A stretch of 64,000 nucleotides of DNA from Azolla caroliniana (GCA_043228905.1 JBHGNT010000002.1:3410001-3474000); one strand, 5' to 3'; shown: positions 23,725-38,418, numbered from the stretch's first letter. Notes: generated by a model not told the origin, from the letters alone. Made by a program: numbers and translations.

Positions 23725-24282
23725 TAGCGATGGGCACGGATCGGTTTTGGTTCGGTTAGGTTTCAAGGCAAACAAACCAAACCAAACCGTTTATATAAAA
23801 CAAAAACCAAACCAAACCGTTTAGGGAAAAGTTAAAACCAAACCGAACCATTTAATAAAAATTTTAAATCAAGCCGTTTAAGGAAAAGTTGAAACCAAAC
23901 CTAGCCATTTAATAAAAAATTTAAACATAACCGTTTAAATCAAACTAATTAAATATCTAAATAAACAAAAATGCATTAAATTAAATAAGCATTTAAGTTA
24001 ACTTTATTAAATCAATAAAAGAAACTTTACTTCAACAATTCAATTAAATAAGCATTTAAGTTAATTTAATTAAATCAATAAAAAACCATTAACTAAACCA
24101 TTAAATTAATAAACTATTAAGGTTAAAAAAATTAACCTATAAACCCGAGTTTTAGAACCGAACCAAACCGTTTATTGAAATCCAAACCAAACCAAACAAT
24201 TAATTTTTTTGGAAACCAATAAACCGTTCAACCATGGCTTAACAATTCGGTTCGGTTTGAGCCGAAATCGTGCCCATTGCTA
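23725..24282 (+). mobile_element. hAT MITE, 558 bp
   Basis: TIRs TAGCGATGGGCACG / CGTGCCCATTGCTA. Perfect 8-bp TSD GTGGTGAC at 23717-23724 and 24283-24290. AAACC/AACCG subterminal repeats and an AT-rich core. Confidence 0.95.
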
Positions 24283-24699
24283 GTGGTGACTTTGGGCTTG
24301 TCATTAAAACATATGTCAAAATGATAGGTTCAAAGCTCAATTGTATGTTATGTTAAGTTTGTGCACAAATCTCATGAGAATGAGCAATTGTGATCACTTA
24401 AATTATTGTTTTTGTTATTATCATACAACATGTTTGAGATTTTCCCTCTCTTTTTCTTCATTATGTAAAGCAAATCTAGAAGTGGTGTGTCGCATAATGC
24501 ATTGTACTTCAAGGAAATATTGTCGTGGATGATTCAAACTTCCAAATTCACCAAGTATAATGCGTGCAACATCTAAAAGGGCTCAATGTCCTCTACTTAA
24601 TTGTTCTAGGGTATATCTCAATAATCTTTCTGTTAATGAAGTATTATTATAGGTGATTAATAATGATTTCATTGATATGCATGCATATGCAATCAAAGT

Positions 24700-25402
24700 T
24701 GGCAACAAATGGGAGTTGTACATCGAGTCTTGCATGTTGGCACATGGTTGCATAGGATGGGTGCATCTTCTAGTTGTGCTCGATGCCATTTACAAACTAA
24801 AACTCAAAAACATTGTTTATGGGAATGCATTGAGTCTCAACCGATATGGCAACGTCTCCTTAGAATCTTTGCTAACTATTTTCCCCCATTGGTTTTCACA
24901 TGGGGCACAGTGGTTTGGACATCGCTTGTCCGTTAAGCTTTCCATTATGACGTTGAATCTATGGACCATGCATTTTACACTAAATTTGGAAGTGTCTATG
25001 CACCACTATTGCTATCACTACAGTTTTCAGGAATAAGGAAGGAAATCCAATCAGTATGGAAGGTATTGAGTAGTATGCCAATATATAAAATCTGGAAGGC
25101 TTGGTGTTCTCTTGTTTTCTATTAAGTTAAAGCATCACCAACTAAATTGGTTACAAATATTTGGTTGGACAGTTCATACTTTGAAGGGTTGAATGAGATG
25201 GTATAGTTGGAGATTCTAATGCTAAAACAGCTCAACATCATGCGTTTCTCATTGTGTGGATAGGTACTCCAAGAATGGCACTCCTTGTTGGTGCTTTCAA
25301 CCTCCAAAATGGTTGTTTCCTCCACCGATCACATAGAGTTTAAAATCTTATAAAATGTTTACACTAATGAAAGGATATTTTCTTTAAAAAATAAAAATAA
25401 AA
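24700..25402 (+). mobile_element. 5'-truncated LINE 3' fragment (zf-RVT region plus A tail), family B
   Basis: CARCHLQTKTQKHCLWEC zinc-knuckle motif. The 3' end is shared with ~55900-56412 and ~40440-40870. A-rich tail. Confidence 0.8.
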
Positions 25403-27524
25403 ATTGTACCTTTGGATTATGAGGAAAGAACATGATATTAATTTGAAAGAGATTGATGCAACGATTCTAGATCTTCAATCAAAAGTCGGTATGGATTTTA
25501 ATATGAAAATGTTATGGCATTTTAGTGGGCCCCAATTCATTCTACCGCCACCCTATCCATGCCACTTCACGCTTAATCAATACGTATTAATCTAAAGGGC
25601 CATTTTTGGGATCCAAATTCCCCTAACGAATGTGCATAACTAAAAGTGTTATTTGAAGAGTTCATATAGTGAACGCAAAGTCTGACCAAGCATTTCAAAC
25701 AGAACATTTACAATCGCATCCCATCACAATGTGGTTTATAGCTTGAATTTTAGATTTTTAGTAAGGTAACCTCGTTGAACCTATAAGCAATACTTTATAT
25801 CGAGACACATGAAGTCTCTTATGTGATGCATAAATGTGATAACATCCTAGTGTACTTTAGAATGTGTATGTTATGTTTTGAATCCACTTTGCTAACGTAA
25901 TGCACACTCGCACACTATTATAGAAGCACTATAGTGATGTAATGACAAAAGACATGGACCAAATTGACTAGGTTATTGTTTGATTCCTTTGCTCCAATGT
26001 CAAGGTTTAAATTTTCAATAGGAAGAAAATCAACCATAATTAATACAAGGTTGAGAATGGGTCATTCTTTATTGATAGTTTCCAATAGCATCTCGATTGC
26101 CCTTGTCTAATATATCGATCTCCATTCTTGATGCATGAAAATGATTGTAAATGGCTTGATTATTATGTGTGTGCTTGGTGCCATTGACTCTATGGCTAAC
26201 TAAGGATCCCAAAACCAAGGGGAGAGGTTAATATGGACGAAAATGTCAACACACCCTAAATAATGTGACTTCCAATATTACAAAGCTTGACTAATTACTC
26301 TCACTATTGGTTGCAAGCCATCGTTTTTGTGGTGCCGAATATACTTCTTGAATCTCTCAAAACCAAAGTGATTATATTGTTAATTAGTTTCCAATTTTGT
26401 TAACACATGGGAGGCCCTCCCCCACCTACCCCTAGACCCTCCACGAGTAAAAAGAAATCATTCTATGAAATTATGCGAACATATTGAAGATGGCCACTTT
26501 TGCATGACTTAAGAAAAGATAAATATTCAACATAGATGTGATCAAAAGATCACATGCATAATTAGCAATCTTGATACGAATCAAGACAAATTTTTTAATC
26601 GTAATGACAGTGTTACAATCGGCCCTCACCTAAAAAGACAACTCCATATGTATTTATATTAGTTGTATATTGTGGGAAGACCAAGGCAAAAAACCTAACA
26701 AAGAATTAGAAAACACTATAAAACTTACAATTGGATAAATTAGTATAACATGATCACAAACATACCATATTGCGAACTTTGTGTAAGTAGTCATTGGCAA
26801 CCCAAAAGAAGTGTGGACATCTACCAATGTCAGACATGTAAAATGACATCGAATAAATTTTCGGTAAGTTTCGAGATCTAATATGTGCTTTTGAGTACAT
26901 AATGTGCAACTTTCACGCATCGGTTTTTAATGAAGCCCCCAAAATATTTTAAGTCCTTCAAAGGGAGCATGATCAATATTCGTGGATTTGATTCTTTTTG
27001 TTTTTTTCGTCTCTTTTTAAAATTTGCAAGTGTATGGGAGGTATACATGTGAATATCCTCGACTAGATACTTGCTCGATACCGTGGACTACTCGAAAACA
27101 AGAAGAAGAAGAAGCAGGGTGCTTTTATACAAATAAAAGAGCTCAATGATTTCTTTTGTTCATTCACTCGCCAACTAGCTAGCGGTAGGCTGATTCTCTT
27201 GACAAACCATACATTTCGAAGCAGCCCAGGTTTAGGGGAGCGAGCGGCACAGGTTGTGTTTTCTTCGAGGGAGGGAATCGTCTCTGCCTTGCTCTATTGG
27301 GGAGTAATTCAAGTGATCGGGGGGGCAAGTACCAGGGGTACAATCAAAACTCGATCAAGTACCAAGGGCGGAGCCGTCCAATGGGAGTGTGATTGGAGTA
27401 CGTATGTACATAACGTACGGTATGGTACGATACAGTACATATACACGGCCAAGTTGCTACGACCCATCCAAGAAGCAAGCTTCCATTGCATTTCCCCCCG
27501 GCCCGAGAGGCTCCGCGTGTTGCT

Positions 27525-27662
27525 TAAATACATAGATACATATACCTACATACATACATACATACATACAATACATATACCTACATACATACATACAATA
27601 CATATACATACATACAATACATACAATACATAAGTATATATATGTATATACATACATACATG
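27525..27662. repeat. (TACA)n-type microsatellite
   Basis: Imperfect CATA/TACA repeats, directly visible. Confidence 0.9.
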
Positions 27663-28073
27663 AATAAATGACATGAAATAGGGTACTCTGTTTTATTATT
27701 TATTTTGCTTTTTCTGAAAAAAGCAGAAACAGGGGCAGAGAAAACGCAAACAAAACAAAACCAAAAAAATCGTAATTACGGTATTAAGTTCGAATTTTTG
27801 TTCCATTATCATTCCATTAATCCATTCAATTCAAAACGCGATCCATCGATCGATGGATGGATCGATCATCTTCGTCGTGAATCATCATCTTCTTTCATTT
27901 TGCCCTGTAATTTGATTTTTCATGCCCCCTTCTCCTGCAGTACCCATCGATTCTTCTTCATCTTCTTCTTCTGCATCGATTCTTCTTCATCATCTTCTTC
28001 TGCGTCGATTCTTCTTCTTCTTCTTCTGCATCGATTCTGCCTTTGAAATCGAAGACATACCCTCATCATCTCC

Positions 28074-31000
28074 ATGGCCGCCCCCCCTGCGCAAGAATTC
28101 CATCACAATAATTCCCTTCAACAGGAGGAGCATGCCCCCAGCAAGCGCGCTCTCTCTCCTCCCAGAGTAGGTTTCCAACGAAACTCCCATACCTGTTGAA
28201 AGCAGTTGATTTGCTTTTCCTTTTCTTCTTCTTCTTCTTTTGCCTTTTGCTTTTTGCTTTTTTTGGTAGTTTCTGTTTTCTGTTTTGCTTTTTTGCTTTC
28301 TTGGTGTTTTCCGTAAAAAAAAAGGTCCACCCCTTAGCTCCTCCACAGTGCGGGAGAGCCCTGTGAAATTTGCTTTTTGCTTTTTGCTTTTTGCCCTTTT
28401 CTCCTTGGGGTTTCCATCGGAGGTCTATTTTCTGCTCTTTGCTTCTTCTTCTTCTTCTTCTTCTTCTTCTTCTGTTTTATCTGAGCAACAGGTCCATTTT
28501 CTGAATTCTTTATGTTTTAAATTGCCACAGGTTGTTTTGGAGACAAAAAAGGCGCTAGAGAAGCATGCAGCCGAAATGGCTCGTCGAGCAACTCAGCATG
28601 AAACCCTCATCAACAAGGTCTGTGCTTTTCAAACCGAATTCTTGTCTCCTTTTACCTTTTACTTTTTGGGTCTTGTAACATGTTTACCATCATGCCCATT
28701 TCTATATATTATCTATATTGATCTCATTACCTTTTCATTTTATGTGCTTATGCTCATCACACTGTCACTTTTCTTTTGTTTTTATAACTCTCATATTGTC
28801 TTATTCACTTGATGTTTTTCTTTTTGGTGTAACACATGCATCAATGTTAGAACTTACAATCATATGGTGTTCACTGTGCTTTTATTATTTGGGCCTCATG
28901 AAAAGATTTAGACTCCTTGGTTTTTTTATATGTTATGCAAAGTTTGTATTCATTGTGGATCATAAGTTCTTCTGAAATGATTTACTGTTGGTATTCTTTT
29001 TCTTTCACTCTATTATGTATTCATTTGTGCTGAACATAACTTCTATAGTACCTCGTCAATTTGGTGGCCCCATGTAAGATAATTTTTATGCAAAATATTT
29101 ATTCATTGTGGATCATAAGATCTTATGAAATGGTTTACTGTTGGTGTTCTTTTTATTTCATTCTATTATGTATTCATTTGTGCTGATCATAACTGTTATA
29201 GTACTTCATCAATTTGGTGGCCCCATGTAGATAATAAATCTTGTACTCTGAAGAAGCATTCTAGTAAAGTTTTGGAAACATTTGGGTATTCTGGTAAAAA
29301 TCCAATAAGTTAGGGATATGTCGGTCATTTCCCCTTTGTTATTGCTGGGGAATTTTCAAATAATCTCATAGATGTTCAGGATTTCTTTGATATGACACCA
29401 TCCAAAAATGGATTAATAAGTGGTGTTCTTTTGATTTTCATGTAGATTATATATTCACTTGGTGTGCTGAGCTTTGGAACCTTTTGCTTCCTTCTTGGTT
29501 CAAGTAAGTTCCTCGGTGCTCTCATGGCACTACTACTGTGAGAGATGGTGTTAGTGTCCCTCTCATATTCTTATTGAGAATTTATGTCGTCTTTATAGGA
29601 CCTCAAGACATTCCGCAATTATATTGCCTCTTCTTGATAATTGTGGCTCCTCTAAGGTGGATTTATTATCGATCCAAGAAATGGCACTATTACTTATTGG
29701 TAAATTAAATGAGGAGCTCCAAAAGTGCAACATTCTATGTACATAAAATTTCGTTTTTACCACTTTTTGATTTCATAGAAAGAAAAATGATAATCTTTAC
29801 TAAGGTCTATCTTTATATGAATGGTGCCTAGAGTTTTCTCATTAAATAGTTTATTAACATTTAATTGGAGACTGAGAATGGGGCCGAGCAAATGGAGAGG
29901 ATCGAATTTGCATTCTCAATTTTATGACTTGATGCTATGGTGTAAACCACCAGGCCAACAGCTAGAGAGAGTGTGTGTGGGAGGAATTAGAGAGAGAGAG
30001 AGAGAGAGAGAGATTGTGCCATTTTCAGGACTTTTGCTACTATGCAAATGCGATTTTCATTATAATGTTGCTCTTTTTCCCGACCAATGACAAGTTGTTC
30101 ATGGTCTGTTTCTCCTTCTCAGAGGTAATTCAACGAATTGACTTTGAGATAAATATAAAAGTGGATTTCTGAAGTAGAAATCATGTTTATCACATTGGAT
30201 TCTTTTTTTCAATATAGGGTCCCCTAGCATGGGCTTTGATAGTGTGGAGGTGTAGTCTCGTGTTTAATTCGATTGACAAAGTTATCAGCGTTTTGATTCA
30301 TTTGTTACCAGGTGTGATCATAATACACTCCAAATGCTTATCATTACTATATTCTAGTACCAAAATCATCTGCATAAACTCCTTATGAAATGGTTTACTG
30401 TCGTGATCACCATCCTTATATAGAGCATTAAGGGAAAAACCACAAAACAACCGAGTTTTTCTCTATTTCATCAAAATGCTCATTCATATTCGTCATTTGC
30501 CCAATATATCCCTTCAACAACTCGAGAAAGAGACAAAAAGGTGATGGATTTACCATAGCATATATAATTGCTAGAAAGGGGACTGACCAAGGGAATTTGA
30601 GGAAATAATGGAAGCTTATCAGCATCTAGGAAATAATGGAAGCTCATCAGCATCTAGGAAATAATGGAAGCTCATCAGCATCTAGGAAATAAAATAAAAT
30701 AAAAATTCAGGGTATTTTTCAGAGTTTTTGCCTTTGAGTAACAGGAAAAAAACTTCAGGGTGATTCGGAGTTTTTGCCCTAGGAGTAATGGGGCCTGCTG
30801 AGCTATTTTCAAAGACGTTTGTCACCACATTTTCTACATGTTTCTGTTTCCTTAGGTACAGTATTCTTCATTATTCGATGGTGGGAGCCAAACACATTTT
30901 CACACCATTCTGAGGGGGAAGTAGGGCCATGGCCTCCATGGCCTGTTGTGGAAAATTCTACTGCACATTGGACTTGGTTGTTCTTCGTACCACTGCTAGC

Positions 31001-32095
31001 ATATTGTGTTTGGCAAGCGCTTTATTTCCTAATTGTAGAAGGCTTGAGGCGACAAAGGTTGCTCAATGATCCTGAAGTTATGACATCTTACAGGTATATA
31101 TGCATATGACAGTTCCAGGTTTTAAGAAAACTAAAGCAGGAACCACTGTTTGCCAAATGGCTGTTTTTTAAAGGTTTCAGAGACATTGGCTATTTTTTAT
31201 GATTGAGGTTTTTGAAAGTTTTGCAGAAAGTAAAAAAGAGTAGAGAAAGTACTAAATAATATATGAATTTGCCCTAGCAATTGGTTTCCTATACCTTATC
31301 CTCAAGTTTCAACTGCCATGAAACTGAAATTTATTTGCATCGGGAGATGGCACATATCGAAATTTGGCTTTCAACCAGCTAACATTACTTCCAGTAATTT
31401 CTTTATTTTTTATAAACTCACGGGAATATTTCGAAAAGATTGTGAAAAATACCCAAAAGTTCTCAAAGCCTTGGCGAGCAGCATTTTGGGGAGCACTAGG
31501 CTGTAGTAATTCCTTAATATTCAATATATTTGGTCAAGTTTTTCAGCCATGAAAACAAGCTGAAAGATTTCCAAAGCCATGGAAGGATTACAGTCATCTA
31601 CATTAGCTACTACTTTTTTCCCTTATTAAAATCTATTATTATTCCATTCAGAATTGATTCTCATTCACACTACATAATTTGCTCAGAGAGTTGAAGCGTA
31701 AAGCTGAACGGGCCAACAACATATGGTGGAAATTGAGTGGTCTATTGGGTGCAGAGCGGCGGGTATACATGTATGTGCTGATCCAAGCCATCTTCACTGT
31801 GGCAACATTAGCACTGACGGTTCCTCTATTCAAATCCTATCAGATGCACACATGGTTCGAAGTTTTCAAGCTTTCGGCAACAGTTTGGAATGGGGGAAAT
31901 TACATATTTGAAGTTATGCCACGCCAGGCAGTAGCGAGGAGTAAGAAAAAAGAGGAGACAAGTAGCTCACAATCTAATGCTCAACAACCCAATGGTGACA
32001 AAAACTATGCTTTATGTAGAAGGGCGAGTGTGGAGGATTTGGCCGAGTCCATGGTCTTGCTTGATAATATGAAATCTGCTGTACACATTGATTGA
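28074..32095 (+). CDS. GPC1: Glycerophosphocholine acyltransferase 1 (GPCAT, DUF2838 family), 8 exons
   Basis: Exons ~28074-28166, 28531-28617, 29446-29503, 29599-29699, 30029-30124, 30218-30311, 30856-31093, 31687-32095. Motifs [67 protein letters not shown] and VWNGG match plant GPC1. Exon 1 is the least certain. Confidence 0.93.
28940..29235. repeat. ~155-bp direct duplication in GPC1 intron 2
   Basis: TATTCATTGTGGATCATAAG...TCAATTTGGTGGCCCCATGTA occurs twice. Confidence 0.85.
30601..30690. repeat. 28-bp tandem repeat, 3 copies, in GPC1 intron 6
   Basis: GGAAATAATGGAAGCTCATCAGCATCTA occurs three times. Confidence 0.9.
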
Positions 32096-35000
32096 ATCGA
32101 TCCATTGTATATTATTTACCTTTGAATGGGGCTTGTGTACATATTTATACTCCCAATCTTCAATTGTTTACAATCTCAGTTGGATCATCATCTCGATATC
32201 TAGGTAATTGCTGGAAGGGTTAAATTTATTTATTTTATGAGTAGAATCCAATAAATGATTGGATAGGAACTTGTATATTATTACTTTTTTCGTTGAATGA
32301 ATGGATTATATTATCTTTGCCTAATGGTTCAATGCTCTTCAAAAATCACAATAAATCTTGTATTTAATGCCAAAGTGGTTTCTACACTTGATACTAAGAA
32401 TACAATAAGGTTTTTTTATGAATTCTATGAAAGCTTGAATGTGATAAGAAACCTCAGGGTTGGATGTTTCACTTTGAATTGTCATTTCCCAACTCTATTT
32501 TCTTTTGGAGGCAAGGAAGTGGTAGGAAAACAAGCATGTTTATGCGACACTTGCATTTTTCCTAATTAATTATCACTTTCCAACTCTATTTTTAACCTCT
32601 TGCTCCCGAGTTAAGAAGATAATTGACGAGCAAAAACTTCTATGATTCTTGGTATTACTAACTTTTCTCCTTCATGTTGCTTGCTTTATCCCTTGGTATG
32701 CAAATATCTAGATGTGTGGTACAACAGATATAAGGTGTACAAAAATTTTGGGGGTGTGCACCCATATGGAATAATATGTGGTTTATGTATCAGAGGAAAT
32801 AATGTTGAATTCTTTGGCAATCTAGGCATCTATATCCATGAGAAATTTAGCATGTTGTCGGTGATGTAGTTGTTTTTCATGTGGGACAACGTTCTTCACC
32901 AAGTTGATAAAACTTTATCAAGGACTATTTTTTATCTTGATTGATTCTAAAAACAATGTTTGGCCTTTGAAGCACATGGTCTTAGCGCTAGAAAATGTAT
33001 AAAACCTTTTTCACAACGCATATTTGGGGCCAATTCCCTTATCAATATGTACATCAAGTGAACATCCTTTTTCAGCACAATGTAAGAGCAATTATATAGA
33101 TTTGAATTATGAATGCTAGTAGGTAAATATCTAACTTTTTGATTGTGTATGCATCTACATTATAAAAAGTCGTGTCGAAGTTGTGAACCCCACTTGTTAC
33201 TGTTAACTTGGCCCCTACATGACAAAAATGCTTGCGTGTCGTGGATCCAAATAGAAGTACATAAATAATAGATAGGATTAGTGGGGCCAATTGTGCTTTG
33301 GATCATCTTTATGGGAACCCTCTTTAATGCATCCATGTTTATTAATCTCAAAAATATTACAAGAAAAACATTTCTTATAGAATACGTATTACAATATATG
33401 CTTTTGTGCCATTATCAAGAAGTCTGAACCGGAAAGGAATGATAAATTATTTCATATTGTAGAAATACTTTCAAGCATATCAAAAGAATATTTCTAAAAA
33501 ATTTCGAGCACAATGATAGATCTTAGCTTTAGTCTTTGATGAGACTCTAGGTTTGCATTAAATTAGGAGTTCTAAAAGTCTCAACCATTCAAATGCTATG
33601 TTTCCAATAATTGTAGAGTTCAATACTTTTCACATCAACAATTGTGTTTAGGGTGGGTGAGAACAGCCAATATATCTTCGAAGTATTGAATCAACAAATG
33701 TAGGGAGGGGATACAATGAAGGAAACTAACCCTCAAATGGTTCTGCATTCTCAAATACATGGTGGTAATTTTATAAAACTACATGTTTAATACGATTAGG
33801 ACTTGATTTTTTATAACATAGTGTCCTACTATTGCAATAATTGGCTATTTATTGCCATTGACAAGACTTGGTTTGGGCTACGTATTTGGATGTAGTGTCA
33901 AAATCATCAATGTGTGTGGCTTAGCATTTTCTATAAACAAAATGTGTACGGCATACGCATCATATATACATTTCATCATGCTTTAACAACTAAACTCTAT
34001 GAGATATTTCTTCATGTGTAATGCATGATGTAATGCCTCAAGCAATACATCAAGTTCTAACAAAAAAGGAAAGGTATTTCTTCTATGCTATCTTCTATGA
34101 GAGGTAGTGGAAAGGTTTGCAATGGTTACTTTTAAACAACAATGACCTCACACGCGATCATGATGAAACACCACAAAAACTCAGGAGGCATCAAGCATTG
34201 AATTCAAGATGACACATTTCAGCTAGATGTATAGTAGTCTTGGGACCAATTCAAAGTTAGACCTAATGGATATATCACCGAGTTAGTTATATGAGGGATA
34301 GATATATCACTCACACTAGCACTAGCTACTCCACACACAAGGAAGTAAATAGCCTTAGTCATTAGTCTCATTTGCTTGCGCAACTAGAAGATAGACGTTT
34401 GTTTTGCAACCAGTGTTCTTAACAAGTTATCTAACAAGTCTTCAATTACTGAAACGGTATATACTCTTGAATTCGGCACCACCCATAAATATTACACCAT
34501 GCTCGAGATATTGATTCCAAAAACACGCTTTCGTTACTTTGTTTTCCCATCAGTTCCATTTTAATTTTCTTGAATAAGCAAGAAAACATATGATGGTACA
34601 ATTGTCTTTGATGAAGACGACGTACAAGGCATCTTGTTTTGAATGGCATCAAAGATTCATATGATTGATTGTATGGGACACTATTGACTTTAGCATCATA
34701 TATCAAGCAAGCACCGGGACACTACTGACTTTGGCATCATCTATCAAGCAAGCACCTCTTTAGTTGGATGTTGTGACATACTCGGGTTTGAGACATTTAT
34801 TTATTCTAGAAACAAGTGCTTGCTAGCTAATATTTCTTTGGAATCCTAGTCTTTCTCTGGGATGAACATTCGACAGCAAAAGATAGCCCTTATCTTAGAT
34901 AGATGTTGGACACAATGAAACCTAATTCATTATGTGAAGTATATAGACTCTAAAATATGATATGAGAGTTTTTGACAAAAATATGGAGAAATAGGCACAA

Positions 35001-36056
35001 ATTGCGTCGCACGTTGACACTACTAATGAAGGGGTATACATTTTTACAATTATAAGAAACCTCGAAACACAACATATCAAGGACAAAGTAGAAGCTTAAA
35101 ATACACAACTCAATGACATTAAATGTGAAAAGGAAAACATTCTCTGCTAAAATCATAGTAAGTACATGGATACACTAGCTCTTGATGATGTTGAAAAACA
35201 CTATACAATGATGGGATCCGATGCCCGAATCATGTGCCTGCAACCTCAACATGGAACACTGACAAAAAAACCTGTCCAAAACACCAGACAGAACTGCACA
35301 GACACACATCAGGAAAGTGTTCCACAATCGCAATGGCACAGAATATATCCAAAGTGCTGTCTTGATATGCCCAAGGTAATACATACATTTTTGTTAATCA
35401 TTCTGGCCGATTGTTGCTACAGAATGTGACCAAAGTGTTGTCTTGATATGCCCAAAGAAACAATAACTGATGCACTGTTAATCTAATAACTTTTTGGCCA
35501 AAGGTTGTCCAAACATTAGTTGCTACTAATGATGTGTCCAAATGATTGTGTTATGAAATTTTGAATACACAATAGTCTTGATAACAGCCAATGAATGACT
35601 AGTCACTCTGTGCTATATAATACTAATGACCATATCCAATCATTTGGCTCTTCATTTAGACAAGTTAGCCTCAAATATATTGTCATTTCTCAGTCTTCTC
35701 CCGTATGCTAATACAGCTACAATCATTTGCTAGCTTATTGAGGCATCATATAGAGGCATGAATCCAAATGCCATCACCATGAATCCACCCTACAATATTG
35801 ACTCCCATGTCATGAAAAGAAGGTTCTTTGCTACCAAAATAAGAGCCATTCTGACCACATATGCAGATATACAATTACTTCTTCGCATGTACAATCGAAC
35901 ATTTTGAATAGTGAAAATGTCCAAAGTGATTTTCATGTGGCATCAATTCTTGTGATAATCAGATTGGATCTAGATGTGAACGAGCATCCCTTTCACAGAT
36001 CATCATATCCTGGCATACAATGTCAAATCTCGGTATTACCCCTTAATGGGCTCACA

Positions 36057-37398
36057 TCACTGAACACTTGAGATTGATGTATGAGCTATGACCTCCTTCA
36101 CATCGAGGATTTCAACTACATGAACATGGCCCACCATGGTGACACACTGTTGAATGGGTGTCTCTGAGATCCGGCCACCAAGGGGGTGCGCAAATAGGCT
36201 CTCAGGAATTGCACCTGGACAAAAGCGCATTCTTGCAGCCTCGCTTAGCAGTGGGGAAGGCATGCTCCTTCTACTGGAACTACTATGAAGATGGATCCTG
36301 CACACCGGGCAAGTTGTATGTCGCAGGAGCCATGAGTCGATGCAACTTACGTGGAAAGTATGGCCACATGCCGGCAAAATACGAAGAACATCATGGTCTT
36401 CATATTCTTCAAGGCAAATAATACACCTGTAATGTTTAGATCACCTAGAAATGTTTAGATGGGATTCATACCCCACGTAGCATGATCCTTGTTATGAATA
36501 GTGTGTATGTAACTCTAGTGTTTTCTACATTCTCTCAAGCTATAATCAGAATAATTGTGGTTCTTTGCCCTTTGTCTCCCCTGAGTACAAACTAAGAAAT
36601 AAGCATTTACAACACAGATGTGGTCCCTGATGATAAATGTATACAAGGGTGCCTTTACATTTAGTTTCCACATCAAAAGGCTCATTGGCTCCCAGTTTAG
36701 GTTTGTTCACCTTTAGATGTTCACATCTGAATCTTTTTCCTTTCGCAGTAAGAAAGATAGGATAACATTAGGGTTGTGTGATCCAGATACAACTCTTACT
36801 TGACTTGACTGGTTAATCTGTTCTAAGCCATCTACCAGAAATACCTATCTAATGAGATAACATATAAGCAATAAATTATATTTTACACAAGTTTTTAGGA
36901 AACAAAAAGAAGAAGAAGAAACAGAAACTCACATGGAATCTTCTTGAGATGCGAACATCTCTTTGGTAAACTTGATGGTTGGGAACATGGTAATTACGAC
37001 AGGGTTTAACCCATTAGAATGCCTTTCTCCACCCTGAATTTTGCCCAAGAGAGAGGGGGGGGGCATTAGACATACAACAAATACACAATAAATTCCCTGT
37101 TTTTCCCACAAATGAAAAAAAAAACACTAAAAAATGAACGCATGATTCACACCAGATTCATGGTGGCCCTGTCGACACCACGAGTCCATTCCGATGCAAA
37201 TCGCCACGATTGGAATCTCGCACACAGAAGGCGAATCAGAACAAACATGATGAAGATGGCACTAACAACAAAGCCAAAAGTAGTCATGACAAGGCTTAAT
37301 CTGGTGCTCATGCCACTCCTTCTGCTGCTGCCTGCAGAAGTGGAAGAAGACGAAGGATCTGTGCCAAAGACCGACACTGATGCTGATGCCGATGCCAT
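36057..37398 (-). CDS. ATL-family RING-H2 E3 ubiquitin ligase (N-terminal TM, GLD-like motif, RING-H2), 3 coding exons
   Basis: Exons 37398-37153, 37033-36933, 36426-36057. TM segment LVMTTFGFVVSAIFIMFVLIRLLC, GLNPVVITMFPT, and CIICLEEYEDHDVLRILPACGHTFHVSCIDSWLLRHTTCPVCR. The start codon and 3' end are less certain. Confidence 0.9.
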
Positions 37399-37431
37399 CA
37401 CGACCTGAGGTCGCCAGAGAACACTTCTGTT

Positions 37432-38050
37432 CATCATGTTGGAAGTGGAACCCATCCATGTCATGTGCACAAAATCAGAGTCTTCTTCTTCTTCTTCTTC
37501 TTCTCGATTTAACAGTCCAAATTCTTCAACCAAAGATTAGAATTGTTCATATGCCTTCTGCAACCCCCCATACTGACCACATCTCATGTTGGAATCCATC
37601 CATGTCATGTGCATAAAATCAAAGTCTTCTTCTTGATTTGATAGTCCAAATTCTTCAACCAAAGATTCGAATTGTTCATATGCCTTTTCCCCCCCTTACT
37701 GAACACATCTCACATGTTGGAATGTATCCATTTCATGTGCACAAAATCAGAATCTTGATTTAATAAATTCTTTAATCAAACATTAAAAGATTAAGAGTTT
37801 CATGTGCACAACATCAGATTCTTTCTCTTCTTCCTCTTCTTCTTCTTAAATTAAGAGTCCAAATTCTTTAACCTATTATTAGGACTGCTCGTATGCCTTC
37901 CCCCCTACTCTCATGTTGGAATTCATCCATTTCATGTGCAGGAAATCAGATTCTTCCTCTTCTTCTCCACCTTGATTTAAGATTATAAATTCTTTATTCA
38001 AAAATTAAAACTGTCCATGTACCTTACCGACATCATTGGCCACATCTCAT
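37432..38050. repeat. Degenerate ~130-200-bp tandem repeat, about 4 copies, upstream of the ATL start
   Basis: CATGTTGGAA...CCAT...CATGTGCACAAAATCAGA...AGTCCAAATTCTT...TATGCCTT recurs at ~37435, 37586, 37713 and 37912. Confidence 0.8.
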
Positions 38051-38418
38051 CGTCATAAAATGCCACATCTTTTCCATGCCTGTGATGGCTGAACCACCCA
38101 CTGAATCTTGATTCAAGGAATGTCATCACTCCATCGGACTAAAGAGCGCATAATACAGGAAACATTAAGGGAGAAAGACAAGGAAAAACAGAGCAAAACG
38201 AAACAGAGATGAGAGTCATGGGTCCATCCATCCCATATCTGTATGCAGGAATCTGTGTATCATGTAAGGGAAGACATGAAGACCACAAACACAAACACTG
38301 ACACATACATGGAGCCCATTGCTTCACAATATCTTCTGCTTATTACCATGGTTTTTTTTGTTCCTTTTTTACATTGCTATGCTTTTATGTATGTTTGCAG
38401 ACAGAAAGACAAAGACAT

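Noticed and set aside
30601-30690. CRISPR-like 28-bp repeats
   Set aside because: The repeats are contiguous with no spacers, lie in a eukaryotic intron, and have no cas genes nearby.
32600-34750. Possible decayed minus-strand gene (LDPRH; a kinase-like HR../DFD trace)
   Set aside because: The motifs fall in different frames among many stops. No family can be supported without a profile search.
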